Source: an uncultured delta proteobacterium (GTDB taxonomy: Bacteria; Desulfobacterota; Syntrophia; Syntrophales; UBA5619). From it: a stretch of 64,000 nt of DNA. The translations under genes were made by a program, and so were the position numbers. The notes beneath the pieces are model-generated. The model had not been told where the DNA came from. It was given only the letters and a program-made list of their open reading frames with translations, and did no database searches. Positions 9,815 through 19,711 of this stretch are shown here, one piece after another (within the stretch, counting starts at the first letter, position 1; every line of letters begins with the position of its first letter). The DNA lies in the NCBI GenBank assembly GCA_963817385.1, contig CAWFOM010000010.1, positions 288,001 through 352,000 of the forward strand, read 5' to 3'.

Positions 9815-11040
9815 TGAAATACCTAATCCTGCTCGCAGACGGGATGGCCGATTACGGTATCGATGCTCTTGGAGGTAAAACTCCTCTTGAATATGCCCAC
9901 ACCCCCCATATGGACAGGATGGCCGCAGAGGGAACCCTTGGGCTGATAGACACGATTCCTCAAGGACTTCCAGCCGGAAGCGATGTGGCTAATCTAGCGG
10001 TCCTTGGTTATAACCCACGCGAATGTTACACGGGCCGGGGTCCACTTGAAGCCGCAAGTATGGGGATTATCCTTTCTCCGGAAGATGTCGCCTTTCGGTG
10101 CAATCTCGTCACTCTTAGAGATTGCGCAGATCCGATTATGGAGGATTTCACTGCCGGCCACATCTCCACAGCAGAGGCAAAACGGATAATTGACGATATG
10201 GAGATAGTTTTTGGATCAGAAGTATTCCGCTTTTATCCGGGAGTAGGATACCGCCATCTGTTGGTCTGGAAAGGGGGCGAATCGGAATTAACAGTGACGC
10301 CACCTCATGATATCACCGGCAAGACCATCAGCCCATATCTTCCACAGGGATCGGGGGCCGAACAGATCAGACTCCTCATGCGCCTCTCACAGAAATTTCT
10401 TGCCGACCATCCCGTTAATCAAGAGAGAAGGGAACAAGGACTAAAACCGGCAACCTCCATTTGGCTATGGGGACAAGGTAAGGCACCGCGGATGCAGAAA
10501 ATCGCGGATCGGTTTCAGATCCGTGGCGGCATGATCTCCGCAGTTGATCTCTTAAACGGCATAGGCCTCAATGCCGGCCTGGAGGTCCTATCAGTCGCAG
10601 GGGCAACGGGATACACAGACACGAACTACCGGGGCAAAGCAAAAAAGGCACTCTCATCCCTGAAAGAACTCGATCTTGTTTTTGTCCATGTCGAGGCCCC
10701 TGATGAAATGGGTCACGAAGGGAATGTGGAAGGAAAAATTAAGGCTATTGAAGATTTCGATGAGAAAGTCATCGGAACTGTTCTTCAGGGGATGGGAAGC
10801 AGAGAACCCTTCCGGATAGCCGTTTTGAGTGATCACCCCACTCCGCTCAGCCTGAAAACACACGTCGGCGATCCCAGTCCATTTGCCGTTCTCTCCTCGT
10901 TGAAAACGGAAAATCAAGGCAGGGGGATTTCTTTCGGAGAAAGAGAAGCCGTTAGGACGGGGAATATCATTTCGCCGGGTCACCGTTTTATGGAAATTTT
11001 TATTGGCGATTGGAGAAGTTTTATTGCAAAAAACTCTTGA
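9814..11040 (+). CDS. apgM: ApgM-family cofactor-independent phosphoglycerate mutase-like protein (proposed homoserine kinase)
   Basis: DGMAD, GSDVANL, GRGPLEA, HVEAPDEMGHEG, SDHPTP; TAATG overlap with hom. Confidence 0.88.
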   Translation: MKYLILLADGMADYGIDALGGKTPLEYAHTPHMDRMAAEGTLGLIDTIPQGLPAGSDVANLAVLGYNPRECYTGRGPLEAASMGIILSPEDVAFRCNLVTLRDCADPIMEDFTAGHISTAEAKRIIDDMEIVFGSEVFRFYPGVGYRHLLVWKGGESELTVTPPHDITGKTISPYLPQGSGAEQIRLLMRLSQKFLADHPVNQERREQGLKPATSIWLWGQGKAPRMQKIADRFQIRGGMISAVDLLNGIGLNAGLEVLSVAGATGYTDTNYRGKAKKALSSLKELDLVFVHVEAPDEMGHEGNVEGKIKAIEDFDEKVIGTVLQGMGSREPFRIAVLSDHPTPLSLKTHVGDPSPFAVLSSLKTENQGRGISFGEREAVRTGNIISPGHRFMEIFIGDWRSFIAKNS

Positions 11041-11206
11041 TAAAATCAGAGTTATCTATGCTGATACCGAGATGTGCGTATCCTAATGTACTGAAATTGA
11101 GGCGGAAGGGTTCAAGTAGGAGCGGAAAGATCATTCGCATCCCGCAGATGACCGTGGGAATAATTCGTCAATTCTTTCCTAACATTTGAGGAGCAAAGAA
11201 AAACAA

Positions 11207-11887
11207 ATGGCAACGACAAAAATTGATAAAAAAGCGCTTGAGGAGCCCGATAAGCTTCAACTATTTTTTCTCAAGATCCGGGAATTTGCGGAAAGACACA
11301 GGATCCGGATATACGCGGGAACAGGGGTTTTCATCTTGATTGTTCTCCTCACCGGTGGATGGCACCTCTACCAACTAAACTACGAAACAAACGCCGCGAA
11401 GGTATATGCACGGATCCTTGAAACCGCAATGAAGAGTGCATCCCCCGCCGGAGATCCAGCAGCCATCAAAGGGTATAAGGATCTCATCGCCCGGTATCCA
11501 CGGAGTCGGGTGGCAATTACGGCATATTACCGGCTTGGAAATCTTTATTTCGATCGGCATGAACTCGATTCCGCAATACTCGCTTATCGAGATTTCTTAT
11601 TGAAGGCACCCGCAGACAGTGATCTCGTTACATTGGCCTATAACACTTTGGGATCCTGTTACGAGATAAAGAAAGACTTTAATAAAGCTATTGAATCATA
11701 TGATATAGCACTTAAATCAAAGACTGCATCATCATATGAAGCCCTCAATTATGGCGGTATCGCCAGGGTCTATGAGAAGATGAACAATCCTGCAAAGGCT
11801 AGAGAGTTCTACCAGAAAGCTCTGGGAAAAACGAAGGATCCGTTGATGACGCTATATCTCAAGAGAAAGATTTCTCTTTTAGGGTAG
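11207..11887 (+). CDS. Membrane-anchored TPR protein (YfgM-like)
   Basis: Single N-terminal TM segment followed by TPR-like repeats (AYYRLGNLY, AYNTLGSCY). Confidence 0.7.
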   Translation: MATTKIDKKALEEPDKLQLFFLKIREFAERHRIRIYAGTGVFILIVLLTGGWHLYQLNYETNAAKVYARILETAMKSASPAGDPAAIKGYKDLIARYPRSRVAITAYYRLGNLYFDRHELDSAILAYRDFLLKAPADSDLVTLAYNTLGSCYEIKKDFNKAIESYDIALKSKTASSYEALNYGGIARVYEKMNNPAKAREFYQKALGKTKDPLMTLYLKRKISLLG

Positions 11888-11938
11888 TTTCTTATATATC
11901 TTGATGACAAGATTGATTGAGGTGATAAGAGGTATTTT

Positions 11939-13729
11939 GTGAAAGAATTGATGTCCGGAAATGAGGCGATTGCCAGGGGAGCTTATGAATGTGGGGCCCG
12001 ATTCGCCGCGGGTTACCCGGGAACACCCAGCACGGAAATCATGGAGACCTTTGCAACCTATCCGGGTGTTTATGCGGAATGGTCACCGAACGAAAAGGTG
12101 GCCATGGAAGTCGGAATTGGTGCCGCCCTCGCTGGAGCACGTGCAATGGTGGTCATGAAGCATGTCGGTGTTAATGTTGCAGCCGATCCGCTCTTTACGG
12201 TTAGTTATACAGGGACAAACGGCGCATTGGTTATCATAACCGCCGATGACCCCTCTCTCCACAGCTCTCAAAATGAACAGGATAATCGACATTACGCAAG
12301 ATTCGCAAAAATACCCATGCTTGAGCCCTCCGATAGCCAAGAAGCCAAAGAGTATATCAAACTGGCTTTCCAGATAAGCGAGCAATTCGATACCCCTGTC
12401 TTTCTCCGTTCAACTACCCGAGTTTCTCATTCCAAGTCGGTCGTCATTTTAGAGGAACCGCTAAACAATGAAGACCATACCGCCATCCAGTTCAACGCGG
12501 ACAAATTCGTCATGGTTCCAATGAATGCGCGTAAACGACGATTGGTCATCGAACGGCGTATGGAGAATCTCAAATCGTTCGCAGAAACTTTTCCCGAAAA
12601 CCGCATGGAGCTAAACGACCGCGACATTGGAGTTATTACTGCTGGGATGCCCTATAATTATATCAAGGATGTTTTCCCCGACTATTCCTATCTAAAATTA
12701 GGGATGGTCTATCCCCTCCCATTTGAGCTAATCAAGCAATTTGCTTCTCATGTAAAGAAGCTCTATGTGCTCGAGGAGCTGGATCCTTTTATCGAAGAGC
12801 AAATACGATCCATTGGAATCGCGGTGACAGGAAAGGAGATATTCCCGTATACTAATGAATTTGATCCGGGGATTATCGAACAGGCCATTACCGGACGTAG
12901 AGAGATTTCACCGAATTTTCCGCCTGTGGAGATTCCCCCCCGGCCGCCTAATCTGTGTCCCGGATGTCCCCACCGCGGCCTCTTTTATGTACTCGGCCAA
13001 TTGAAGATCTTCGTAACTGGGGATATCGGCTGTTATACCCTCTCTTTTATGAAGCCTCTCGAAGGACTTCACTCATGCATCTGCATGGGCGCCAGTATCG
13101 GAATGGCTCACGGAATGAGTAAGGCCCTCGGAGAAAAGGGGAGGGGAAAGGTGGTCGGTGTAATCGGAGACTCCACATTTATCCATTCGGGGATTACTCC
13201 ACTTCTTGATATGGCCTATAACCGGAGCAACGCCGTGATCGTCATCTGCGACAATAGAACGACTGCGATGACCGGACTGCAGGAACATCCCGCTACTGGC
13301 TTCACTCTTCAAGGAGAAAAGACTATCGGTGTCGATCTGGCCGCCCTAGCCAGTACACTGGGCATCGAAAGCGTACGGATTGTCGACCCCCATGATCTGA
13401 AGGCGGTTAGAGGCGTGCTAAAAGAGGAACTTGCTAAGGAAGGCCCATCTGTCGTGATCACGAGGCGTTCGTGCGTCCTCTTCAAAAGAGCACTGGAGAT
13501 GCCAAAAAAACCGTTGCGTATCGACGCGGAAAAGTGCACCGGGTGTCGTCTCTGCCTCGGCCTTGGCTGTCCGCCAATCACTTGGAAAAGCAGGCAATAT
13601 ACCCTCTCAAATGAAGAAAAGAAGAAAAAAAAGAGGGATGGTATTGCGGTCATCGATCGAAATCTATGCGCAGGTTGCGGTTTATGCCAGCAGATCTGCC
13701 GTTCTGGTGCCATCATTGAGGAGATGTAA
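11939..13729 (+). CDS. iorA: Indolepyruvate:ferredoxin oxidoreductase alpha subunit
   Basis: MSGNEAIARG, GYPGTPSTE, KHVGVNVA, LCPGCPH, GDIGCY, GDST, C-terminal 2x[4Fe-4S] motifs. Confidence 0.93.
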   Translation: MKELMSGNEAIARGAYECGARFAAGYPGTPSTEIMETFATYPGVYAEWSPNEKVAMEVGIGAALAGARAMVVMKHVGVNVAADPLFTVSYTGTNGALVIITADDPSLHSSQNEQDNRHYARFAKIPMLEPSDSQEAKEYIKLAFQISEQFDTPVFLRSTTRVSHSKSVVILEEPLNNEDHTAIQFNADKFVMVPMNARKRRLVIERRMENLKSFAETFPENRMELNDRDIGVITAGMPYNYIKDVFPDYSYLKLGMVYPLPFELIKQFASHVKKLYVLEELDPFIEEQIRSIGIAVTGKEIFPYTNEFDPGIIEQAITGRREISPNFPPVEIPPRPPNLCPGCPHRGLFYVLGQLKIFVTGDIGCYTLSFMKPLEGLHSCICMGASIGMAHGMSKALGEKGRGKVVGVIGDSTFIHSGITPLLDMAYNRSNAVIVICDNRTTAMTGLQEHPATGFTLQGEKTIGVDLAALASTLGIESVRIVDPHDLKAVRGVLKEELAKEGPSVVITRRSCVLFKRALEMPKKPLRIDAEKCTGCRLCLGLGCPPITWKSRQYTLSNEEKKKKKRDGIAVIDRNLCAGCGLCQQICRSGAIIEEM

Positions 13730-13733
13730 CGAA

Positions 13734-14306
13734 ATGGGTACGAAAGGCATATTGATAGCCGGTGTCGGCGGCCAGGGAATACTCCGTGCCAGTGATATCG
13801 TCTCCCGCGTTGCCATGGCTGCTGGTCTTGACGTTAAGAAGAGCGAAGTTCACGGCATGGCCCAGCGAGGTGGCTGCGTGACAAGCCATGTGCGTTACGG
13901 GGAGAATGTCCATTCTCCGCTTGCAAAAAAACATGATGTTGATATCCTCATTTCTTTTGAGAAAATTGAAACACTACGTTATCTGGATTACCTTCGGGAT
14001 AATGGGAGCATCATCATCAATACCGAAGAAATCTACCCGCCAGCAGTAAATCTGGGGGACGCAATATATCCGACGGATATAATAGAGAGAGTGAAACGGT
14101 TATTTGAGAAGGTCAAGGTGGTCGATGCCGCTACTCTGGCCCTCCAGGCTGGCAATATCCGCACCGTCAATGCTGTACTATTAGGAACACTTTCCACCTG
14201 CCTGGCATTTTCAAACAAAACATGGGAAAAAGTGTTTAAGGAGTCATTCCCTCCAAAGCTTGTCGATGTTAACATGGAAGCATTCCGTTTGGGAAGGAAC
14301 TTATGA
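13734..14306 (+). CDS. iorB: Indolepyruvate oxidoreductase beta subunit
   Basis: GVGGQG, EVHGMAQRGG. Confidence 0.92.
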   Translation: MGTKGILIAGVGGQGILRASDIVSRVAMAAGLDVKKSEVHGMAQRGGCVTSHVRYGENVHSPLAKKHDVDILISFEKIETLRYLDYLRDNGSIIINTEEIYPPAVNLGDAIYPTDIIERVKRLFEKVKVVDAATLALQAGNIRTVNAVLLGTLSTCLAFSNKTWEKVFKESFPPKLVDVNMEAFRLGRNL

Positions 14307-14390
14307 AGATCTGGCCATCATAGGTCATCATCTTGACAAATCCCGATCGATAGATAATATATTTTTAAAAAAACAGTGGCAGATGTCCTT

Positions 14391-15341
14391 ATGGCAGATG
14401 ATTATTATAAAATATTGGGTGTTGAAAAGAATGCTGATCAGGAGGATATCAAGAAGGCCTACCGTAAACTCGCCCTGAAGTTCCATCCCGACCGGAATCC
14501 AAACAATCGCGAGGCAGAGGAAAAATTCAAAAAGATCAGTGAGGCCTATGCTGTTCTTAGTGATCAGGAAAAACGAAAACAATATGACAGTTTCGGCTCC
14601 GACCAATTCAGCCAACGGTATAGTCATGATGATATTTTTCGTGATTTCGACATCAATCAAATCCTCCGAGATATGGGATTCGGAGGCGTCAGTGGCACGA
14701 ATAGATCTTATCGGGGTACCGGTGGTAAGCGTGGGAGCTATACATTCCGCGGAGGTGATTCTTTCGGAGATCTCTTCGGCCAGGGGGGTCAGAAATATTA
14801 CCAGGCACCACAGAGGGGTGAAGACCTGCAATACAATCTCAACATTACCTTAGAGGAGTCTGTTTTCGGTGCGGATAAGAAACTATCTCTCAAGAGGGAT
14901 GGGCATGTAGATGAAATTAATGTAAAAATCCCCGCCGGTATCAGCACGGGGAAGAAGCTGAGGCTTGCAGGGAAGGGGAATGCCGGGCCGGAGGGAGGGC
15001 CCACCGGCGATCTCTATCTTAACATTAATGTCGCGTCCCATCCGATCTTTGCTAGGGACGGAAACGATATCTATATAGATAAAGCGATCACGTTCACACA
15101 GGCGGTCCTGGGAACAAGCATCGATGTCCCGACAATCGATGGTACGATTAAAAGAATCAAGATTCCTGTGGGAACACAAAATGGTACGAAGATACGCATG
15201 AAGGGGTACGGTGCTCCGGCTCTAAAAGGTACCGGATCGACGAAAGGTGACCAATATGTCAAGGTCACTATCGAGGTGCCACGTAAAATAAATGAAAATC
15301 AGCTCAAACTCATTAAAAAGTTATCGGATGAGGGGCTATAA
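14391..15341 (+). CDS. Class B J-domain co-chaperone (DnaJ/CbpA-like, no Zn finger)
   Basis: J-domain with HPD, G/F region, C-terminal domain; TTGACA-16-TAATAT promoter at 14333-14360. Confidence 0.9.
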   Translation: MADDYYKILGVEKNADQEDIKKAYRKLALKFHPDRNPNNREAEEKFKKISEAYAVLSDQEKRKQYDSFGSDQFSQRYSHDDIFRDFDINQILRDMGFGGVSGTNRSYRGTGGKRGSYTFRGGDSFGDLFGQGGQKYYQAPQRGEDLQYNLNITLEESVFGADKKLSLKRDGHVDEINVKIPAGISTGKKLRLAGKGNAGPEGGPTGDLYLNINVASHPIFARDGNDIYIDKAITFTQAVLGTSIDVPTIDGTIKRIKIPVGTQNGTKIRMKGYGAPALKGTGSTKGDQYVKVTIEVPRKINENQLKLIKKLSDEGL

Positions 15342-15358
15342 AGTTCTGAATCTTGATA

Positions 15359-15386
15359 ATGTCACATAAGATATATTATGTAAACT
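15359..15386. other. Chromosome dimer resolution site dif (XerC/XerD target)
   Basis: ATGTCACATAA-GATATA-TTATGTAAACT: 11-6-11 layout with inner CATAA/TTATG dyad. The right arm matches the known XerD-arm pattern. It lies between convergent genes. Confidence 0.85.
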
Positions 15387-15478
15387 ATCTGATGACCGCC
15401 ACATCTTTCTCGTGGAAGGAGTAAAGCCGTTTCTCCGGGCGACGTCCGGACCGGCTGCCTGTTTGTCCACCCGTTCGG

Positions 15479-16513
15479 TTATCTTTTTGGGCGCCCCGAT
15501 GGCTTCCTTCCTCGCTTCCTGATTCTTCCGGTGGAACTTATTGATCCCGCACATGATTCTCCTTCCGGCAGATCCGTCTTCAACGATCCGATCAGCTCCG
15601 TGATTTTTCTGATCTCGTGGCGGTTCAGGTAATCGCTGATACCTTCGAGGATCTCGATCGTCGCCGAGGGTCGGATGAAATTGGCGGTGCCGATTTCGAC
15701 GGCCCTCGCTCCGGTGATGAGAAATTCAAGGGCGTCGGCAGCGGTCATGATGCCGCCGATGCCGATGACGGGGATCTTCACCGCCCGGACGACCTGCCAG
15801 ACCATCCGGAGGGCAACGGGCCGGATAGCGGGCCCCGAGAGGCCGCCGGTGATGTTTGCCAGATGGGGCCGCCGCTGTTCGATGTCCACCGACATCCCCG
15901 TGAGCGTATTGATCAGGGATACGGCGTCGGCCCCGGCCGCCTCTACCGCCAGGGCGATCTCGACGATGTCCGCCACGTTCGGTGTCAGCTTGACGATGAG
16001 GGGAAGATCGGTTTCGCTCCGGACCTGCCGGGTCACCTCCGCGGCCGCCTCGGGACTAGCGCCGAAGGCGATCCCCCCTTTTTTTACGTTCGGGCAGGAG
16101 ATGTTGACCTCGATGGCGTGGATGCCGTCGACACCGCTCAAAATCTTCGCCACGCGCCGGTATTCGTCGATGGTCTCCCCGAAGATGTTGACGATCACTG
16201 CGGCTTTATACTGTCTCAGAAAGGGAAGTTTTCTCTCGACAAAAGCACGGACGCCGATGTTTTGGAGCCCCACGGCATTGAGCACCCCGGAGGGGGTCTC
16301 CATGATCCGCGGGGGTGGGTTACCGTCCCGCGGCTCCAGCGAAAGGCCTTTAACGACTACGGCGCCCAGACGGTTCAGATCGACGAAGGGGGCATACTCT
16401 TCTCCGTAACCGAACGTCCCCGAGGCCGTCATGACGGGGTTCTTGAGTGTCAGGTCGCCGATGGCAACCGAGAGATCCGGTACACGAGGTCTGTTTGGTG
16501 ATGGTGCATCCAT
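15479..16513 (-). CDS. pyrD: Dihydroorotate dehydrogenase 1B catalytic subunit (C-terminal end uncertain)
   Basis: [38 protein letters not shown]. Confidence 0.95.
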   Translation of the reverse strand: MDAPSPNRPRVPDLSVAIGDLTLKNPVMTASGTFGYGEEYAPFVDLNRLGAVVVKGLSLEPRDGNPPPRIMETPSGVLNAVGLQNIGVRAFVERKLPFLRQYKAAVIVNIFGETIDEYRRVAKILSGVDGIHAIEVNISCPNVKKGGIAFGASPEAAAEVTRQVRSETDLPLIVKLTPNVADIVEIALAVEAAGADAVSLINTLTGMSVDIEQRRPHLANITGGLSGPAIRPVALRMVWQVVRAVKIPVIGIGGIMTAADALEFLITGARAVEIGTANFIRPSATIEILEGISDYLNRHEIRKITELIGSLKTDLPEGESCAGSISSTGRIRKRGRKPSGRPKR

Positions 16514-16525
16514 GATTCGTTTTCC

Positions 16526-17410
16526 TTATATGCCGCGGGGAGAGGGCAAAAGGACCTCCCGGAGATCGAAAACCGGACCGTCCTGGCAGACCCGCCGGTA
16601 TTCCCTTTTCCCTTCCGGGCCGCGGATCGCCACCGCGCACCCGAGACAGGCCCCTAGGCCGCAGGCCATCCGCTCTTCGAGAGAGACCTGACAGGGGATG
16701 GGGTGCTCCCTGAGCAGGGGTCCCAGCGCCCGGATCATCGACGTCGGCCCGCAGGCATAGATGACGGTATCCTTGGGATTATAGCGATCGAGATCGCCGG
16801 CGTTGATGACTGCGACATTCGGATCGGTGCAATTGAGTTCATCTTTGAGCAACGCGGTCACGGGACCGTGATACCCCTGACTCCCGTCGTCGGTGCAGAT
16901 TTCCAGTTCGCAAAAATCCCCGAACTGATCCAGACAGAGCAGGAGTTCCGCGCTCCGGGCGCCGAGATAGAAATTCTTTTGGATTTCGTGCCCCGCTTTG
17001 GATGCCAGGAGCCCACTGTGGAGGAGGTAAACCAGGGGGGCTACACCGACTCCTCCCGCGACGAAGAGGACCCGTCTGATCCCGGAAGGAAGGGTAAAGC
17101 CCCTGCCGAGGGGGCCGAGAACGGCCAGTTCGTCACCGGGTTTCATCCGGGCGAGGAGCGTGGTACCCCTGCCTGCCACGCGGAAGAGGAGCTCCAGAAC
17201 GGCATGGTCCTCATGCCTCTGAAAACCGAAGACGCTGAGCGGTCGGGCGAGGAGCGGCTCTCTCCTTCCTGATTCGCGGATCATGACGAACTGTCCCGGT
17301 AACGGGGTTGCAAACGCCGGGGGCAGCCGGACGGAAAGGAGGAAGTGATCTGGAGCCGCACAGCGGTTTCCCAAAATCACGCCGCTCATCATGGCTCCTT
17401 TTTCATACAT
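16526..17410 (-). CDS. pyrK: Dihydroorotate dehydrogenase electron transfer subunit
   Basis: PGQFVM, RPLS, GPLGRGF, AGGVG, ACGP, MACGLGACLGC...VCQDGPVF. Confidence 0.93.
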   Translation of the reverse strand: MYEKGAMMSGVILGNRCAAPDHFLLSVRLPPAFATPLPGQFVMIRESGRREPLLARPLSVFGFQRHEDHAVLELLFRVAGRGTTLLARMKPGDELAVLGPLGRGFTLPSGIRRVLFVAGGVGVAPLVYLLHSGLLASKAGHEIQKNFYLGARSAELLLCLDQFGDFCELEICTDDGSQGYHGPVTALLKDELNCTDPNVAVINAGDLDRYNPKDTVIYACGPTSMIRALGPLLREHPIPCQVSLEERMACGLGACLGCAVAIRGPEGKREYRRVCQDGPVFDLREVLLPSPRGI

Positions 17411-17924
17411 TGCTTCCCTCCCCCGCCGCTACGGCCGTTGCGCTCTCTCCATAAAGTATCAGGTGCAGATCCGCCCACATGATCAGCGCGTCCTCCCGCG
17501 TGTCCGTGTAATATCCGGAGCGGACACCCCTGACGGAAAAGCCGAATTTCTCATAGAATTTTTGGGCCGGCAGATTGGATCGACGCACCTCGAGAGTAAT
17601 CCACCGCGCCCCCTCCAGTCGTGCACACCGTATCGCCTCATTGAGCATCCGGGAGGCGATACGCCTTCTCCGCATATCACGTCGGACCGCGATGTTGTGG
17701 ACGTGTATCTCGTCCGCCACCCGCCAGTAGACCGCGTAACCCGCCACACACCGCCCCTGCTCATGGGCGGTCCTGCCCACGAGCATCCGGGAAATAGGGG
17801 AGGTAATTTCGTTTCTAAACATGTTCTCAGACCAGGGAGTGGAGTAGGAGTCCCTTTCTATTGCGATGATCTCGCCGATATTCCCCTCTTCATATTCTCC
17901 GATTTCGAGATCGCCGTTTTCCAT
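17403..17924 (-). CDS. rimI: Ribosomal protein S18 alanine N-acetyltransferase
   Basis: PWS, EIHVHNIAV, LEVRRSN...FYEKFGF...RSGYY...EDALIM. Confidence 0.88.
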   Translation of the reverse strand: MENGDLEIGEYEEGNIGEIIAIERDSYSTPWSENMFRNEITSPISRMLVGRTAHEQGRCVAGYAVYWRVADEIHVHNIAVRRDMRRRRIASRMLNEAIRCARLEGARWITLEVRRSNLPAQKFYEKFGFSVRGVRSGYYTDTREDALIMWADLHLILYGESATAVAAGEGSNV

Positions 17925-17927
17925 CGT

Positions 17928-18623
17928 TCAGTTGCTCCGGATAAGGCCGAGAACGACCGTTGCTGCCAGAAAGACAGCGCAGAAGATCGGCACTATCCCG
18001 CGAATATTGATGGTGTTAAGCGCCACTGCCGCCCCCAACAGGGGAAGGAGGCTGTAGAGGAGCGTGAGACCCCTGATGACAAAGGGGGCAAGGCGCGGGT
18101 AGAGCCAAGTCATTGCGGCAATTCCGATCGGAAGGGCGATCAGGATAAAGGCAGCTGACAGAAGATAGGTCTTCAGAATAGCGGAGAGATGCTTGCGGGC
18201 GATCGACCGGATGTCACCCCTGGCTGCATCGTTCAGAGCATCTCTGGTCAGTTTCTCGTTTCCTTGGATGATCCAAAGCTCCATCCGCTGCCCGAGAACC
18301 CCGAATGGAATGAAGATGAGGACGGACAGGGCAATCAGCCCTTGTGAGATATTGCCGAGGAGCCGGGCGCTCTCAATGGAGGAAGCGGTTATCAGGATGG
18401 CCGCCATGGTATCGTTGGGGGGGATATAGGCGCCGATTGGTAGTCGATCGATCCAGAACAGTTCAATGAAAGCGCCGGCAATGAGGCCGGTGTAGGGATC
18501 TCCCAGGATCAGACCGATTATCGGTGCTGCCACTATCGGCCGGGAGATCATGACCTGTAAAACAACCCGGTCCAGGCAGAGGAAGGCGCCTGCAAAAGAT
18601 ACGACCATCACCTTCAGTATCAT
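17928..18623 (-). CDS. Mannose-family PTS EIIC-like membrane protein
   Basis: MISRPIVAAPIIGLILGD, ELFW...PIGAYIPP. Confidence 0.8.
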   Translation of the reverse strand: MILKVMVVSFAGAFLCLDRVVLQVMISRPIVAAPIIGLILGDPYTGLIAGAFIELFWIDRLPIGAYIPPNDTMAAILITASSIESARLLGNISQGLIALSVLIFIPFGVLGQRMELWIIQGNEKLTRDALNDAARGDIRSIARKHLSAILKTYLLSAAFILIALPIGIAAMTWLYPRLAPFVIRGLTLLYSLLPLLGAAVALNTINIRGIVPIFCAVFLAATVVLGLIRSN

Positions 18624-18657
18624 AGCGTTCGCCTTAACACGCAATTATCAGTTAAGA

Positions 18658-19140
18658 CTATGTGACCTGGACGACGTCGAAATAATCTACCGGTTTTTCC
18701 CGGGGAACAGGCTGCAGGTCTATCTGGACCCCCTCTGCGCGAAGCGAGGAGAGGTCACGGATGTCGCCTTCGCTCAAAAGGACGGAGGCGGTACAACGAC
18801 GTTTACAATCTTCATTGTAGACGTTGCCGATATTGAGTCTGTCGAACCGGAATCCGAGATGATAGGCCATGAGCGCATCGGATATCTTACTGAAAAGCAC
18901 AATCGTTTTCTGACCGCTCCCCTGACGGAAGGAATAAGTTTCGGCAAATTCTTTCACGCCGCAGATAATGACCTCGACTTCCCGGGGAACCGCCATGCGG
19001 ATTACCGACTCGCAAAAGTAATCGGCGGCTACATGGTCGTCGACAACGATGATGCAGGATACCCGCAAATAGGGAATCCACGCCTCCAAGATCTGGCCAT
19101 GGACCAGCCTATTGTCCACCCGTACGTGGGCTATATCCAT
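18658..19140 (-). CDS. Mannose/sorbose-family PTS EIIB
   Basis: RVDNRLVHGQ phospho-His motif, LNIGN. Confidence 0.88.
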   Translation of the reverse strand: MDIAHVRVDNRLVHGQILEAWIPYLRVSCIIVVDDHVAADYFCESVIRMAVPREVEVIICGVKEFAETYSFRQGSGQKTIVLFSKISDALMAYHLGFRFDRLNIGNVYNEDCKRRCTASVLLSEGDIRDLSSLRAEGVQIDLQPVPREKPVDYFDVVQVT

Positions 19141-19156
19141 TGAAGCCAGCAATGGG

Positions 19157-19567
19157 CTATCCAACGGCTTTCTTGCTGAGGATTTCACTGGCAAGAGAGA
19201 TGTTCTTGATGCCATATTCCTTGACGACCTGGGCGAATTCCTTCAACACCATGCCTTCCCGGATATCGGGTAGTTTCAGAAGCATCGGCAGGTTGACGCC
19301 GGTGATCACCTCCACTTTCCCCTCCTTCAGAAAAGAGAGGGAAATGTTGGAAGGCGTCCCGCCGAAGAGATCGGTCAGAATCAAAACCCCACGCCCCTGG
19401 TCGAGTTTCTTGATCGCCGTGCTGATTTCCTTTTTCAGGTCCTCGACGCCCTTGGTTTGGTCGATAGAGACATGGATGATTCCTTTGAGGCTACCCCGGA
19501 TCAACTCCGCAGCCTTGATCAACTCGTTCCCCAAGTTGCCGTGGGTGGTGATCAATACGCCTATCAT
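19157..19567 (-). CDS. Mannose/fructose-family PTS EIIA
   Basis: ITTHG, LTDLFGGTPSN, TGVNLPML. Confidence 0.92.
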   Translation of the reverse strand: MIGVLITTHGNLGNELIKAAELIRGSLKGIIHVSIDQTKGVEDLKKEISTAIKKLDQGRGVLILTDLFGGTPSNISLSFLKEGKVEVITGVNLPMLLKLPDIREGMVLKEFAQVVKEYGIKNISLASEILSKKAVG

Positions 19568-19603
19568 TATTTTTTCTCCTCCAGGTCTCGATATGTTCGA
19601 GGT

Positions 19604-19632
19604 AAGCTAATTGATTCAATATCAATTGTCAA
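19604..19632 (-). promoter_or_regulatory. Putative promoter of the PTS-rimI-pyrKD operon with inverted repeat in spacer
   Basis: TTGACA-17-TAGCTT; AATTGAT-N5-ATCAATT at 19609-19627. Confidence 0.5.
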
Positions 19633-19711
19633 GGTGAATCAAAGCCCCAAAGCCCCTCTCGCAAACCGGATGATCGGTGAATATGACGGGAAACGGCCCG
19701 GATGAAGATTT

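Noticed and set aside
11041..11200. Possible ncRNA or tRNA remnant between apgM and the TPR gene
   Set aside because: No cloverleaf or recognisable RNA-family motif could be built by eye.
19611..19625. FNR box upstream of the PTS genes
   Set aside because: The spacing is TTGAT-N5-ATCAA rather than the N4 required. Kept only as an unassigned dyad.
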